DNA of 64,000 bases from Raillietiella orientalis (GCA_036172245.1 JAYWIR010000004.1:3100001-3164000); one strand, 5' to 3'; shown: positions 1-12,699, counted from the first letter of the stretch. Numbers and translations are program-made. Notes: generated by a model not told the origin, from the sequence alone.

Positions 1-1364
1 AGGAAGTCGAGGTCCTGGTCCAGTAGGGCGATCTAGAGCGCATCGTGATGAGGAGGAGGCTCATCGGCGCCGCGTGGACCTTCGTCCAGCACGATGGGGC
101 TTCTGCCGCACGTTTTCTTATTTATTGTGACGTATAGATGTGCTTGTAGTCCCCTATACTCCACAATAAATAAGAAGGGGAAGAAGCGAGGGTCAGGCAG
201 CCTAGCATCAATCGGCAGTCAGAGGTCGCCTTCAGGCACAGATTTAGGGAGTCTCACGTCTGGCGTTACCTCCGGATGGTCGAGCAGAGGAGCAATGCAC
301 GCAGCATATGGACAGCGGGTCGCTAAGCGTCCGGACGAATCCAGGTGCTCTGGACCTTCGGAGACGGCGAACCGAAAAAATCGCAGCCAGAGGGTAGTTC
401 GTTTCTTTCGAGGGGCCCATGGAATGTAAATTTTTTCTCTTGGCACTCACGCTCCGACGCGAGAGCACCTGGCGTTCTTCCGTCGAGAAGCCCCGCGTTG
501 GGCAGCGCTGTGCGCCGAGCCCATGCTCCCCGTGCCCGGAGATCCGACCGCCGCTCGACCCGGCCATTTTATGGCGCCGGCAGCACCCTCAGGAAGGGGA
601 TCGAAGGAGGCGTTCGGCCTGGGTCGAGTCCACGGCGACGTGTCGACTGGGTGAGGAACGCCACCCCCACAACCGGGGGAAGCGGCGACCGGTCAGCCTC
701 ACTCCATCAAGGAGGAAAACGCAGGGAAAATAGGAGCCGGTGGCTTCCAACCAGCCGTTACCAGGAGACTACATGAGGCTCCTCTCAGGGCTGCCTCTCC
801 AGAGAATCGAGTCGTCGGTGCTCTCGGCGCTTTTTGCACGCGGATAGGGAAGCTCGGAAACGGGATGACGGGAATCCCGATTCGTCTTCTGCTGTCTACG
901 TCTTCCCAGCGTTCTATTTTTATTTTATTTTTTTTGGAGGGGGGAAATTCTCTGAGTAGCACCCAGGAACCACTGCTTCCCTCGTAGGGGGCATCGGAGC
1001 CGCACATGGGGAAGGTCGTGCATTCACTTATTGTGGGCGAGGAGGGATGACTCCCTAATTCCTGAAGAGGACCCTGAAGGGTCCACCCCGATTTCCGGCC
1101 AGTCAGCGGAGCATCCGGCTCCTGAGGCGAGTGACGTCTTGCCCGCGTACCGCCCAAGCGCGGGCCGTCCTCGGCGCAATCATGAAGAAACTCGAAACCC
1201 ACGACGCATCCAGAGTCGGCGCCGATCCTTCCTCACGGGTATTCTAACCCACGGCACTCGTTGCCACGCCTTCGTTCCAGGAAGACGACAAAGGAAGGAG
1301 ACCAAATACAGGAAACTGCCTTCCTCCCTTATAGAGGAGCACCGGCTCTGGCGAGAGTATCAGT

Positions 1365-1585
1365 ACGTGTCTGCGCAAACCAGGAACGCTCTTGGCGCCG
1401 CCGCCGACGGCGGTGACTTCTCCACTCGATCCTGGATCGCACGCTGCAGGAGGAAGGGACACCGCGATCAGTTCGTCGTTCAGGGACTTTTCCTTTTCTG
1501 CGTGTCCAGGAGGTCTGGGAAAGCACAAAAGAAAAGCAAAAAAAAAAGAGGAGGAAAAGAAGGTGAGGGAAAGCGGAAGGAATTT
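1365..1585 (-). repeat. Inverted, diverged copy of the acceptor and 5' part of the fibrinogen-domain relic at ~4220-4440
   Basis: Reverse complement reads ttcccagacctcctggacacgcagaaaaggaaaagtccctg...caccgccgtcggcggcggcgccaagagcgttcctggtttgc. This aligns by eye with the + strand at 4276-4430. Confidence 0.8.
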
Positions 1586-2599
1586 ATGAGCTCGTATTCC
1601 GGTTCCTGAGATCCTGGAAACCCAAGGGCGACGATGTGCTTAGAGAAACTCGAGGTCACCCGCTAAGAACCAGCGAACCACGGAAAAGAGGATTGCTGAG
1701 CTCCAATGTCTAGCACAGCTAGGGGGAGGGGGGGAGCATTTTCTGGGGACATATCTCGGGTCAACAACCTCCAAACATCTAGCAGTCTCAACAATAGGTG
1801 TAGAATTCCAAAACTCCCTTCCTAAACTCCCATCTAACACCCATGAACACCCGATACGTCGCTATGCCGCTGCAATCGAGGCCACGATTTCTAGAACTAG
1901 AAACGCAAGAAATCGTTCCCAGCCCCCCTCCCCCTCACCCGGGGTCTGACCCTCAGCTACGGATGCCGGCGGCGCTGGGCCGAGAGCAGAAGCAGAGGGC
2001 ACTTCGATCGGCTGCTGCTGCGGTAACCATGACCGGGGTTTTCCCCCGGCCCATTTCCTCGACTCTTTAACTTTAACTGGAAGCAGTCAGGCAAGAAACA
2101 CCGAAGTCCTTTTCCTGACCACACTCTGTCCTTGCTACTTAGGGTTTCTCCACCAGGCAAAGATGGGTTTGCGGTAGGTGGAGAGGGGGATCAGGGTGGG
2201 GGAGAGGGGTGGAAGGGGGAGGGGGAGAGCCGGAGTGCCCACAGCGTATCGCTTCGTCCCTGGTCGCTTATTTAGGACTTGCTGCGGTTCTGCATCCCCC
2301 TGGGCTTTCGCAGGGTGTGACGTAGGGCCATGCCTAGGCGTTCGTACCCCTGGCGACGAGTCCCCTTAGTATTCCTGTGGCGAAGAGCGATCCCTTCGAA
2401 GTCCCTTGACGACGGCGCTCCTCCGAATGTAATCTCAGATTTCTCTCCATTGATAACAGGAACTTGACACTTCACGTCTCTTTGCTACCAGTAGTGGTCT
2501 GGACCACCTTTCGCTTCTTTTTCGGGTGCTCCGGTGTGGCGCGCACGCCACGCGGGTGCTCACCGGGTTCTCAGTGGGCTTTCCGTGGCGTCATGACGA

Positions 2600-3260
2600 G
2601 GAGTCCCATCGCCCAGCGTGGAGTCTCTCTCTTCTGGTGGTGCTGCTGCTCTCCGTGTTGGGAGGGGTGACCCTGACCGGGGATACGCGCTCGAAGCCCT
2701 CAAGGGCGATTCCTGGGGGAACCACTGCGTATTCCGGAAGAAGACCTGCAGTAGCCCCCAGTGCTCTTGGGCACCCCACACCCTTCCCTTAAAGTGGCAG
2801 GAGTCGGCGCTGCTGCTGCTGCACTGGGACCTCCTGGGCAACGCTCGCAGGCATCACTGGACACGGGATGGGTGCAGTGAACTCGAACCGTGCCCGGTGC
2901 GGGAAGCGCGAATCCCCCACCTGCTTATGGATTGTGTTGTTGCCCTCCGGCCCCTCTGGGAACTCTGCCGCGATCCCAGGAACCCTCCGGCAGCAATCCC
3001 AGGGACGCTTTATGACCCCTCCTCCTACGCGGCGCACTTCGGCCGGCAGCTTCCCTAGCAGCTCTCTGCTGCCTACGCAGGATCGTCGCTGACTGGAGCG
3101 ACGCAAGAGGAGAACCGTGCAGCAGGGATGCCACGTCCACTTGGCCGTCCGCTTCATGAGGATGGCAACAAGATGGCCCCACCTGAAGCGCGGCATGCAG
3201 CAAGAGCTTGCCTCTGCACCCTCCGAAGGATGCAGAGGACCGTAACGTGATCCCTTCTCG
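2600..3260 (+). mobile_element. Degenerate 3' end (zf-RVT-like region) of an L1/Tx1-type non-LTR retrotransposon
   Basis: ORF 2618-3058 contains LLLLHWDLL..R...C...PC....IPHLLMDC...RPLW, like the LH..L...C..C...E...HLL..C...W pattern of L1/Tx1 ORF2 C-termini. An AT-rich tract follows at ~3270-3320. Confidence 0.5.
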
Positions 3261-4282
3261 CACCCTTCAAAGTATATTTATTTATTTTTATTTTTGTTTC
3301 CTTTTCTTTTTGTTTGTTCCTTTTCCTCTGCTTCTGTAGCGGACCTCACCGATCTGCGTGCCGGCAACTCGGCAGGTTCCTTTGGAAATGGGCGTGGTTG
3401 GACCGCCGGTCCAACCACAGAGATTGTCAATGTTGATTTTTATATGAGATAAACGCCTTGGAGCACCCGGGTGAGAAGTCAAGGGCAGTTCCCGTGACGA
3501 ACCTGCTCCCTGGACTTGGTGTCGCCACCCAATGGCTCTGCGCCTCGAGCCGGTGGTCCCTGGCCATCCAAAGGGGAGGAGGAACTTCGGTCTGCCACGC
3601 AATTCCTCCGAGCCCGATCTTCGCAGGTTGCCGAAGGCGAGAGAACGGGCAGGGAGGGAGAAGGGATAGAGATGGGAGAGATGGGGGTCGGGGTAGAAGC
3701 GATGCCGACATCCCCGGGACCCTCACGGTCACGGCCCTGCGTCCAGGGGGGCGAAAATTTTCTCGGTGCCGTGGCACGACTCGCCTCTCGGGGCACGGAC
3801 CAAGCGAGCTATCGACGCACAGAGGGCGGGCAGGTAGATGCCGCTGCGTGCAGCGGGTCCGTTAGCAGGACGCGCGCGCCGCTCCCTACGCCGAGCAGAG
3901 AAGGGGCGGACGCATCGGGAAGCATCAAATCGAACGCGATGCCGACTGCCCCTTTTCTCTCCCAGCTTTCCCTGGTTCGAGTGCCACGGGGGAGTGCGTG
4001 AGGGTGGCGACGGCGGCAGCTTCCAGCTTGTTCGTGTCTCCAGGAAACCTCCACCTTCCCTCGTGCTCGAGGTGGCAGCTTCAGCAGAGGGAGGAAATTC
4101 GAGGAGCGAGCGAGAGAGTGAGGGACCCGCCGAGGACGGATTGGCGACATTCGATCCGGTCGCAGCAGATCGCCCCAGGCGGTGGTCGGTAAGGAGGGGC
4201 TTCGGAACAGCGCCGAGAGGTTCCTCCCCCTTTCCATCATCCCCTTTTTGTTCTCCTTTTTTTTTGTTTTTTGCTTCCCCAG

Positions 4283-4705
4283 ATCCTCTGGACACGCAGA
4301 AAGGGGAAAGTCCCTGGACGGCGAGCGAACTGCGGCGTCCCCTCCTCTTGCAGCGCACTATCCAGGAGCGAGTGGAGAGGAGCCACCGCCGTCGGCGGCG
4401 GCGGCGGTGCCAAGAGCGTTCCCGGTTTGCACAGAAGCGTTCTGGAACGCCGCCGGATCCGTGGGCGCCTCCCGGGAACTTCGATGGAGAGGACGAGAGC
4501 AATAGAGGCGGAGACATCAGCGTGTGGGGGGGGGAGACGAACGCGGTACAGGAACTGGACCCACTACGCCTGGGAGTTCGGCTCCCCCGCCGGGGAGCAC
4601 TGGATCGGTCTGGAGGCCCTGCACCACCTGACCCGAAGGAGTTTCCCCAACGTCCTCTCGTGGAAGGAACAAGCAGGTTGGGAGTCTCGGTGCCCAGGAT
4701 GTTAA
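4283..4705 (+). pseudogene. Fibrinogen-related domain (FReD; ficolin/tachylectin-5-like) relic exon, frameshifted
   Basis: Follows a polypyrimidine/ttccccag acceptor. Encodes PSSC and, in another frame, RAFPVC, then YRNWTHYAWEFGSPAGEHWIGLEALHHLT, the FReD signature (R.W..Y..GFG...GE.W.GLE.LH.LT). Confidence 0.75.
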
Positions 4706-5749
4706 CCTCCGGGAAGGGCCGCCGGGAGCATGGAAAAGGGTCGGCGAGGTAGCCAGGGAAGACCTTCCCACACGCCTCGAGGATTTTCCCTCCCATCAGG
4801 AGGGAGATGGGCGCGCTCCTACGACCGTGGAGGAATGGCAGGCTGGTAGCTCGGGTCGCTGATCATTTCGAAGCTCCCTCAGGGTGCAGACCAGTGCATG
4901 GCGGCCGGTCATCGGCGAGGAAAAGTCAGGTCACCCGGTCCGCTCACTCCCCATCCGCGACAACAGCTCTTCGTCGAGGCAGGGAGCGATGCTCAGTGCT
5001 CCCACAGGGGAAGGGGGAGCAGATATGCGAAACCGGTGTTTCCTGAGGAAGCGGAGGATGCCGCCGGCTCCCGGGTTGCCAGGCCGGCAGCGCCCTACAG
5101 GAAGAAACGTGCGTTGGAGGTCAAGATTCGACCTCCAGGGGCGTGTGGCCACTCAGCCTCCAGCATCGTCCTGTGGAAAAGACTTCTGGAAACCAGTCGC
5201 CCCCCTTCCTCTCACGTTTTCCTGTAGGCATTCGAGAGATCTCTACATGTGCCCTCACAAGAAAGGAAAGAACCAAGCGAATAAATTTCCTTTCTTTTTC
5301 AATTCCTCCCCCCCCCTCCTTGCCCCAGGGCGCAGGCGTTGCCTCCGTGGCTTTCTTTCTTGCAGGTGCCGAAGAGCCGAGGAGCTTGCTGGTCACGGGG
5401 AGGCGCAAAGACAGATGATTCCAGAAACGGGTCCGGGGACGCGTCTGGGGCTAACTTTCCCTCTCCAGGAAGGAGCACGCTGAATGTTGACCGGGGTGAA
5501 TTCCGGTCCCTGTCTCTCTTCCCCATCCTTCCTCACTCTCTCGTCGGCGAGCCTGCAGACGCAGACCTGGATCTCCGCGAGGTGCAGGTGGCAGATCTGG
5601 GAACAGGAGCGTTCACGGGCGCAGGGCGCCGGGAACAAACTGGAGAGGGGGAGGGCGGGCAGCAACCATCCGCGCCGGTGATAGGCATTCCTACCAAGTG
5701 CTCCTCCGGGCCAGGCCGCGTCCATAAAGACAGGAGAGACGTTGCGTAA

Positions 5750-6150
5750 CCACTGGACGGTTCAGCCTCTAGGAAGACTTCACGAGTCCGCCATCTTCCT
5801 CGTGAGGTGGGAGACGAAATGGCCGAAACCGGGATGCGAAAGACAAGGCAGCCTCATGGCAATCATGTCGAAACCAGCAACAACATCCCATTCTTTCCCC
5901 CCCCCCTCCCCTCCCTCTCCTGTCCCATTGCGACACAGTTCCCCCGAGAGAAGGGAAAGAGTACTCTCCACCCCCGACCCCAATCTTCAAATGGCATTTC
6001 CACCATTTCCGCATTCTTTTTCCCTATTGGTTCCGGTTCTCCATCCATCACTCCAGAGAAGCTGCGACCTGATCTGCTCAGTCGATGGCGCATTCGGTTC
6101 GCACTGCATCCCACGGGGCTGAACGAACGCAGGTACGCGACAGGAAGGGG
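5750..6150 (-). mobile_element. Possible degenerate AP-endonuclease fragment of a non-LTR retrotransposon
   Basis: Minus strand reads NRNQ*GKRMRKWWKCHLKI...YSFPSLGGTVSQWD, similar to the APE motif N..G..L..W....L....TF...G..S.ID. Weak and interrupted. Confidence 0.3.
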
Positions 6151-6499
6151 GCTGAGGTGCGTGGCCCCGAAATGGAGGAGCCGCAGCTTCCTCACTGGAG
6201 ACGCAAAGAACGAAAGCGCGAAAAGAGGAGAGGGGCTCCTGGGCAAGCGCATGGAGGAGTAGAGGGATGGCGCGAGCCGGCCCCGAGGCTAAGAACGTGA
6301 TTCCCGAGGGCCTGCGTTTGCTCTCCCGGTCACAAGGGATGCGGCCACGTGACCGGAAAGAAACGCTCGCGCGTTCCGCTGCGTTCGCGGCAGAATCGAG
6401 CAGCGGCGGCGTAAGGGGAGAGGGGAGGGATGGTGCCGTTCACCGGTCCAGGGGAGGAGGTCCGGAGGGGCAAAGTCAATAAATGAAATCGAATTCTTA

Positions 6500-8150
6500 G
6501 GGGAAGGGAGTCGTCTGGCTACAGTTCTGGTCTGTAGAGCCCATCTCCTACAGAACCTTCAAAAGAAAAGCACGAAAAAGAGAAGATAAGAAACCACACG
6601 AAACGATTTGAGGAGTTCAATGGCGCGAATTCAACGCCTTCTCTTCAAATGAAATATTGGGAAGTTTTCGAGGAAGAATAGGAAGCGTCAACCGAAAAAA
6701 CACAAAGAACTTTCAACGTCCACAGAAGCAAACCGTATTCAGGGAAAACCAAAATAGGTCTGTCGAACAAATCCGAAACACAAAAGCTCTACAGGATTAA
6801 CAGAAGAAGGGTGATAAGAGTAGTTATGGGACAAGCAGAACGAAGATGTGCACCATTGAAGTGCAGAAGAGCACTTTGAGAAGGAGCCTGAGAACAAAAC
6901 TAGCCAAGATATTTGTGAATTCGCATTGCTGGGAAGAACTTCGGAAATACTTCCAATGGAAGCTGCTTCGCTTACGGAAGACGAAGTCTACAGAGTTCTT
7001 AAATGGCTGAAACTCTTCTCCGGGAGAAGATGGAATAACTGGAATAAAGTGGAGAATGGTGGACCCGGAAGGACGACTGATTACCCTCATATTTAACATT
7101 TTAATGAGAGAAAGGAAGGTATCTAAGAAGTTGAAAAATACCAAAACCATCCTACTGAATTCTCAATCGAAATAGAAGATCGGAGACCAATATCGATTGT
7201 CAACAGCATATGCCGTTTGTATGCCAAATGCTTATCTGCAAGACTTGGAGACTGGATCTTAGAGAATGAAATCATATGTCTCCAACAAAAAGACTTTATA
7301 CTTTTCGATGAGTTGTTGGATCAAAACTTTGTGTTGCAAACAAGAATCGACACAGCAAGATGTCATGCTAAGGATCTAGGAATAGTCCTCATAGATCTCC
7401 CTAGTGCATCTGGAAAAATATCACACCAATGGCTGTTCTGTTGCTGTTGCAAACACTGAAGACACTAGGAGTTGGACCTACTATGCTCGACACAATCGAG
7501 CAATTATATACCAACAGTACCACATATTCCAACTACGAAAATTCCAACTACAAATTGGGACCACCAGACTCATTCCATTCACGAGGAGGAGTACAACAAG
7601 GATGTCCCTTGAGTTCGCTCCTCTTCATAATAGCCATTGAACCCATCCTACGAAAAATGAGGAAGGATTTCGAAGACTCAGCAATCATTGCATAAGCAGA
7701 TGGTCTTGCTGTACACAGTGGACTCAGAAGAGAAACTAAGACATCGATTACGCACATTTGTAGAACTCACTCAGCAAGCTGGTCTTTCCATCAACCCGAT
7801 GAAATGCGCCTGTCTCTTACGGAGGCAAAACACCAAAAGGTATAATAAGATCTCTGCGGCTAGAGGTAGGAGGAAAATGTATTCCGAACCTAGAAGTAGA
7901 AACCTATAGAATACTGAAACCTATAGATACTTTGGCAAACTGTTCGCAATTGGCATTTTTAATAGGACTCCGACTAAAGATGAAATTATAGAAAAAGCAG
8001 AAAAGATATTAGAAAGTGGACTGTGGGCATGGCAAAAAGTTGATGATATGAAATTTTTTTTTTATCCAAGTCTTGTCCGAGGCTTGGAACACACCAAAAG
8101 TCCGAGTGGAACAGCATCGACCACGAGATACGCAAGAAAATAAAAAAAGG
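6500..8150 (+). mobile_element. Reverse transcriptase region of an RLE-clade (Utopia/NeSL-like) non-LTR retrotransposon, pseudogenised
   Basis: Motifs lie across several frames: SPGEDGI, RPISIVN, RLYAKCLSARL, IVLIDL, GVQQGCPLSSLLFIIAIEP, IIA*ADGL (degenerate YADD), AGLSINPMKC, YRYFG, SGLWAWQK. There are multiple stops and frameshifts. Confidence 0.9.
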
Positions 8151-8159
8151 TCCTTTTTA

Positions 8160-9200
8160 TTCAATTAGTTGGTGGTATATCTATCTTATCACTGCCGATG
8201 GCTCTGTCTGATCTTCCTGTTATTCCCATGTTATTCCTTATCCGTTTCTTGGCTGACGGCGGATTGGCTAGAGAGGTATTCTGTCTCAGCACTTAGTCCA
8301 TAGGGTCGCTCGCACCGTCCGGTAGGCGCCCCAGTCTGTGCGTCCAGTAGATGTCTCTGCTGGACCTTACGCAGGAGAATACGCCCAGTTTCCTTATCTT
8401 GCTTGCGTTGCTTTCGTAGATTCCTAATGTTTGCATCACGGCTTCGTTCTTGGGATCCCAGGATCCTAGTGCTCCCACGATGAAGACTTGCATGATATCT
8501 GTTCTGCATGCCTGGTTGATCTTATAGATTCGATTTTCGTACTTCTTTTTCTTGACGTGCTTTTGGGAACACATCTTCTATGTTTTCAAACGGACAAGTG
8601 ACTCCCACAATGATCCATTTTCCATACTTTTCGAATACCAGATGAGACCTTAGCGGCGAGTCCACTTCAGGAACCTGTTGGTCCGCAGCTTGCATCCTCC
8701 TACCATTGTGGCGGATGCTTGCAATCTCAGCACGCTTGCATTATGTCTAGCGATGTACGTGGAGGAGTACCTCACACAGTGGTTTATTATGTGTGGCAGC
8801 ATCTCATCCCGAGTGTTACATCTACTGCATAAGCGATCGGCCGGCAGTCTTCTTGGTGCTCCTCTAATTGGTAGGACAGTCTTGCTGCATAGATGAAGAG
8901 ATAATCTGCGAATCTGAGATGGTCACCTGAAGTTAGGAAGTGGCTGGAGTTCTGATGCGGTTCAACGCAGCGCATGGCTTTTCCTTGATCTTTGTGATTT
9001 TCTCCTGGAGAAAGCCACGTCTTCTCGCCACTCCCTCACCTCCCAGCGAGAAGAAACTGCCTAGGTTTGATGCGGCTATCTGATGATGAAGGAATCAGAT
9101 TCAGAAAACAGATATCTGCTTCAAACTATCGACGCCGCCAGATGGCACAGTGAGGCTATTGACCAGGGATACTCTACAGGAGGCAGTATATGAGAAAACC
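8160..9200 (-). mobile_element. C-terminal zinc-knuckle and restriction-like endonuclease region of a Utopia/NeSL-like element, degenerate
   Basis: Minus strand encodes DQGKAMRCV..HQNSSHFLTSGDHLRFADY, CRRC...LPHIINHC...RHN, VTCPFEN, KKYE and FIVGALGSWDPKN. A possible AATAAA lies near 8160. Confidence 0.88.
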
Positions 9201-9218
9201 ATGCAACAACCTCTAGAC

Positions 9219-9340
9219 CATAGGTTCCCAAACTTATTTGGTCTATCGCCCCTTTTTCAGATAGAAAATTGCTCAGCGCCCCTTTGAAAATGTACCTTTA
9301 AGTGAAAAGAAAGATGCAGTGACAAATTTTCGTTATTTCA
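9219..9340. mobile_element. One end of a hAT (Charlie/Buster-like) DNA transposon or MITE
   Basis: Terminus CATAGGTTCCCAAACT directly follows ctctagac, which fits the NTCTAGAN target preference of this group. The other end was not found. Confidence 0.5.
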
Positions 9341-9349
9341 TGTATCCAT

Positions 9350-10960
9350 ATTTCTATCTACATCCTACAACATGGTAATAAAAGAACGGTGGACACGGCC
9401 AAGTACCTGGGAGTCTACATTGGCGACGACTCTGCGTCGAAGCTACTGTGGAAATAAATGCTGGGGAAAACGGCAGAGGAAGCAGCAAGTACACCCGACT
9501 GGGTTTTGACATGAAGCGAAAGGCCAACCTATGGAATGGAGTACTCCTTCCAAAGGTGCTCTTCGGAACGGCCTTCGCCAGGTTGAACAAAGAAAACACC
9601 AGAGAAGCGGAAAAGCTGCAGAGAAAGACATTGTGGGGACACTATCGCCCAAGAGTCCGGCTGAAACAACTGTGTCGTCCCAGGGAAGAAGGCGGCTCCG
9701 GGATGAAGTCGCTTGCACATTCCATGGAAATCATGGATACGCGACACATCCTGGATATCGCTACTCGCTGGGATGACTGGCCGTACGCGGCACACAGGGC
9801 CTACGCGTTGTTGTTGAACAACTCGAAAGGCCTGATGACTGCGCTGCTAGGCCGAACAGGGGAATGGAGAACCATCGACCCCACGTGGACAAGAAAACAA
9901 AGGCTAGTGCGAAAGCACAAGATAAAAATCGTGCCCAAAAGTAGGGAACTCTGGCAGAAGGAGTCCATCCTGGTGATCCCATGGATGCTTACGGTCCCCC
10001 AGGACACGAGAAGCTGGATCCACCAGCGGTCCAGAGTTACCCTACAACGAATCCAGGAGTTCAGAAGAGGAGTATACCCACATCACACTCGTATACTTCG
10101 GTATATAGAGATGATGTTGGGTAGGTTTACCCACAAGACTCGCGAAGTCTGGAAAAACCACAACGACCTCGCATGGTCTAGGGTAACCAAGATGAACCTC
10201 CGAAGAATGATTAAGGATGAAGACCAAGACACCAGTGCCCTCCAAGAAGCCGCCGATCGCTACGGGAGTAACCGTTTTAACCTGTTGGCGATTGGCACGA
10301 CACTCTGGAGGAGTGACCTTCCGCCGGACACCCTGGACGACCTCCTGATGTTCTATCATGGAAGAATCCAGAGCGGGTCCAGGCTCAAGCACTTCACAGG
10401 AAGACGGGAAGATGAAGACTGCACGGCATGTGGAGACATCGATACGAGACTCCACATCTTGACGTGTCCCACTTTGCTACGCGACTGGCTGATCCTGAAA
10501 AGGATCATAGGACAAAACAACAAGTCTGTGATGGAAATCCTCGCCGGGATGTTTCAGGGAGATGGTAATGTTCCCTGTTACAATCCCATGGTGAGGATGA
10601 CCATTGCCCTCTTCATCACCGCCATACTTGTGCAGTGGTGGAATATGAGGAAAGCCAGGAGAACCAGAACCCCCATGGAGATCCTACAAGGACTCATCCG
10701 CAGGGAGATCGGTATCAGGAACTGTAGACGACTCCAAGCCTGGACGTACAGATTCATCCTGAAGAGGATTGAGGACGACGCCCGGGACCAAACATCTGGA
10801 AACCCACCCTGAATGCAGAACTTTGAGTATCCCAAAGGACCTTCAAGTGAAAGTGGTATATTGTGTGAATGGAAATTGTAGTATGAGTGCTTAAAATTGA
10901 AAAATAAATTTACCCCACTCCTTGTGGGACTTGGGGAAAAATGGTAATAAAAGATGCTGT
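9350..10960 (+). mobile_element. 5'-truncated L1/Tx1-like non-LTR retrotransposon; 454-aa ORF2 C-terminal fragment at 9448-10812
   Basis: KYLG just upstream; LCRPREEGGSG (P..EGGLG motif); C..C....T.LH...C zinc-binding motif (CTACGDIDTRLHILTC); AATAAA in the 3' UTR at ~10945. Confidence 0.85.
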
Positions 10961-11399
10961 TGCAAATAAAACATGCTGAAGCTTAAATTATCTATTGAAA
11001 TCGACCATGGTAACATTCGCATCACACACAGAAAATTACGATAACGAAGGATAATATTAAAATAACAATCACGAATAACATGAAAAATAATTCTAATGAG
11101 AAGGATCAACCTGGTGCGTTGCTCTCAATTTGTTAATATTCGGCTCTATATCTGTCAGCTCCATTCTTAAATCACTGCGATTAGTTAGTTGCAGTCGGTT
11201 TCTTTTTTTGTTAACCGATTTGGAACCGCACTGAACCGACGTTCCACTAAATATGATGGAGGAAATGCAATTAAAAACGCTCTTTGTTTATTCTTTCACC
11301 GCTCCCCTCCTTATTTTTATTCAACATCCCCCAATTGCACTTGAGGCTACTATCTCCTCCCTTCCCCGAATCGTTCCAGCGCCTACTAGGGGACGGCGT

Positions 11400-12507
11400 C
11401 GCCTACTTTGGGAAGCACTGTGCTAGACGAACACCTAGGAAGATGGCTGACCGGAGAATTAGATCGATTCTTCAGAGCAAGCGCTGATATAAGTATCTGG
11501 TCGACAGGAAGGCAAGCCTCCAGAAAGATAGGTGCAAAATGGGAATTTGATGGGAGTCTTCCTAGACTGCGTAGTGAGGGAGATAGTATTTGACTCCGCT
11601 ATGAGGAGGAAGGCAGCCTCTACTATCAGAGCTGCCCAGAGTGAGCAATCGTGGAATTCCCTAACGGAAAACCATCCAGACCAGGAGAAAACCATGAAGT
11701 GCGTTGGACTCCATCGAGCTTCTGGATATTTCCTAACATCGGGCGATTACATCAGGTTCACGGATTATAGGTTTACCCATGCGGCAAGACTGAACCTTCT
11801 TCCTATCAGAGGAATGAAACGAAGAAAAGAAGAGGAACCCTCATGCCGTCGATGTGTATCATGGGATGAAACACTACCTTTCAATCATTGCATGAGGCAC
11901 ACTCATCCATGTACACAGCACCATGCGATAGTGCAAAGATTGAAAAATGCAGTCACAATCACCGTAGGGTGGAATGTAATCGCCCACAATCAATGCATAC
12001 CGGTCGTTGGGCCACCACTGAGGACAGACCTCGTTCTTATCGAAAGGAAAGAATAACGACTGTAGAAGTTACGTGCCCTTTCGAAAATGGAGAGCAGGCG
12101 TTCCGGAATGCCACAAGACCACAAAAAGAAAAATATCGGGAAATCGCCTCCCGATAAGCACAAATAGTCTCCAGGTGAAAGTTCATGTCATGATAGTAAG
12201 GTCGCTTGGAACGTGGGATCCCCAAAACGATGGAGTACTCAGAGATTTAGGCATTCCCAGAACTTATTCCAAGAATTTGATGGAACCCATGGTCGCATCC
12301 TGCATCAGTCGCAGCCGGAATCTATCTATACTGGACGCATCGATTGGGTCAAAGGCTGGACGACAGGGTGCACGAATATAATGGAGAAGGGGCCCGGAGC
12401 AGCACTTGAACGGCAGCAGTTCCCAGCTTAGAATGAAGATTGGAAGATGCTGAAGAGCAGCTACCGTCATGTTGAAAGGAATGTGTACCCCTTTTTCAGA
12501 ACACAAA
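11400..12507 (+). mobile_element. 3' portion of a Utopia-type (U2 snRNA-targeting) RLE non-LTR retrotransposon, degenerate
   Basis: Encodes DQEKTMKCV..HRASGYFLTSGDYIRFTDYRFTHAARLNLLP, CRRC..DETLP..HC, LRTDLV, EVTCPFENG, KEKY and SLGTWDPQND. A U2-like sequence follows the 3' end. Confidence 0.88.
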
Positions 12508-12528
12508 TCTGTTCTCATCAGCTTAATA
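12508..12528 (+). ncRNA. U2 snRNA fragment (retrotransposon target remnant, not a full gene)
   Basis: TCTGTTCTCATCAGCTTAATA closely matches the recalled U2 segment TCTGTTCTTATCAG(T/C)TTAATA that follows the branch-recognition sequence GTGTAGTA. Confidence 0.75.
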
Positions 12529-12699
12529 AGTGTTCTTGCGGTGTTTCCTGTGTTCTCAGAGTGTTTTCGTTTTGTTACCTTGTATTAACTTGTGTTCCCT
12601 TTGTGCTGTTTTGAGCAACGCCTGCAATACTCTTGGAAACAGGAAAACAATTGCCTTGCTGCTTCCCGTTGCGTGGAGACAATCTCTCTTCTCCGCTGG

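Noticed and set aside
1061..1090. CTGAAGA followed by a GGACCC/GGGTCC hairpin
   Set aside because: The GAAA required for a hammerhead core is missing.
9078..9125. Hammerhead-like CTGATGA...GAAA with palindromic cagatatctg
   Set aside because: Stem I does not form, stem III has a mismatch at the core, and the segment lies in antisense retrotransposon coding sequence.
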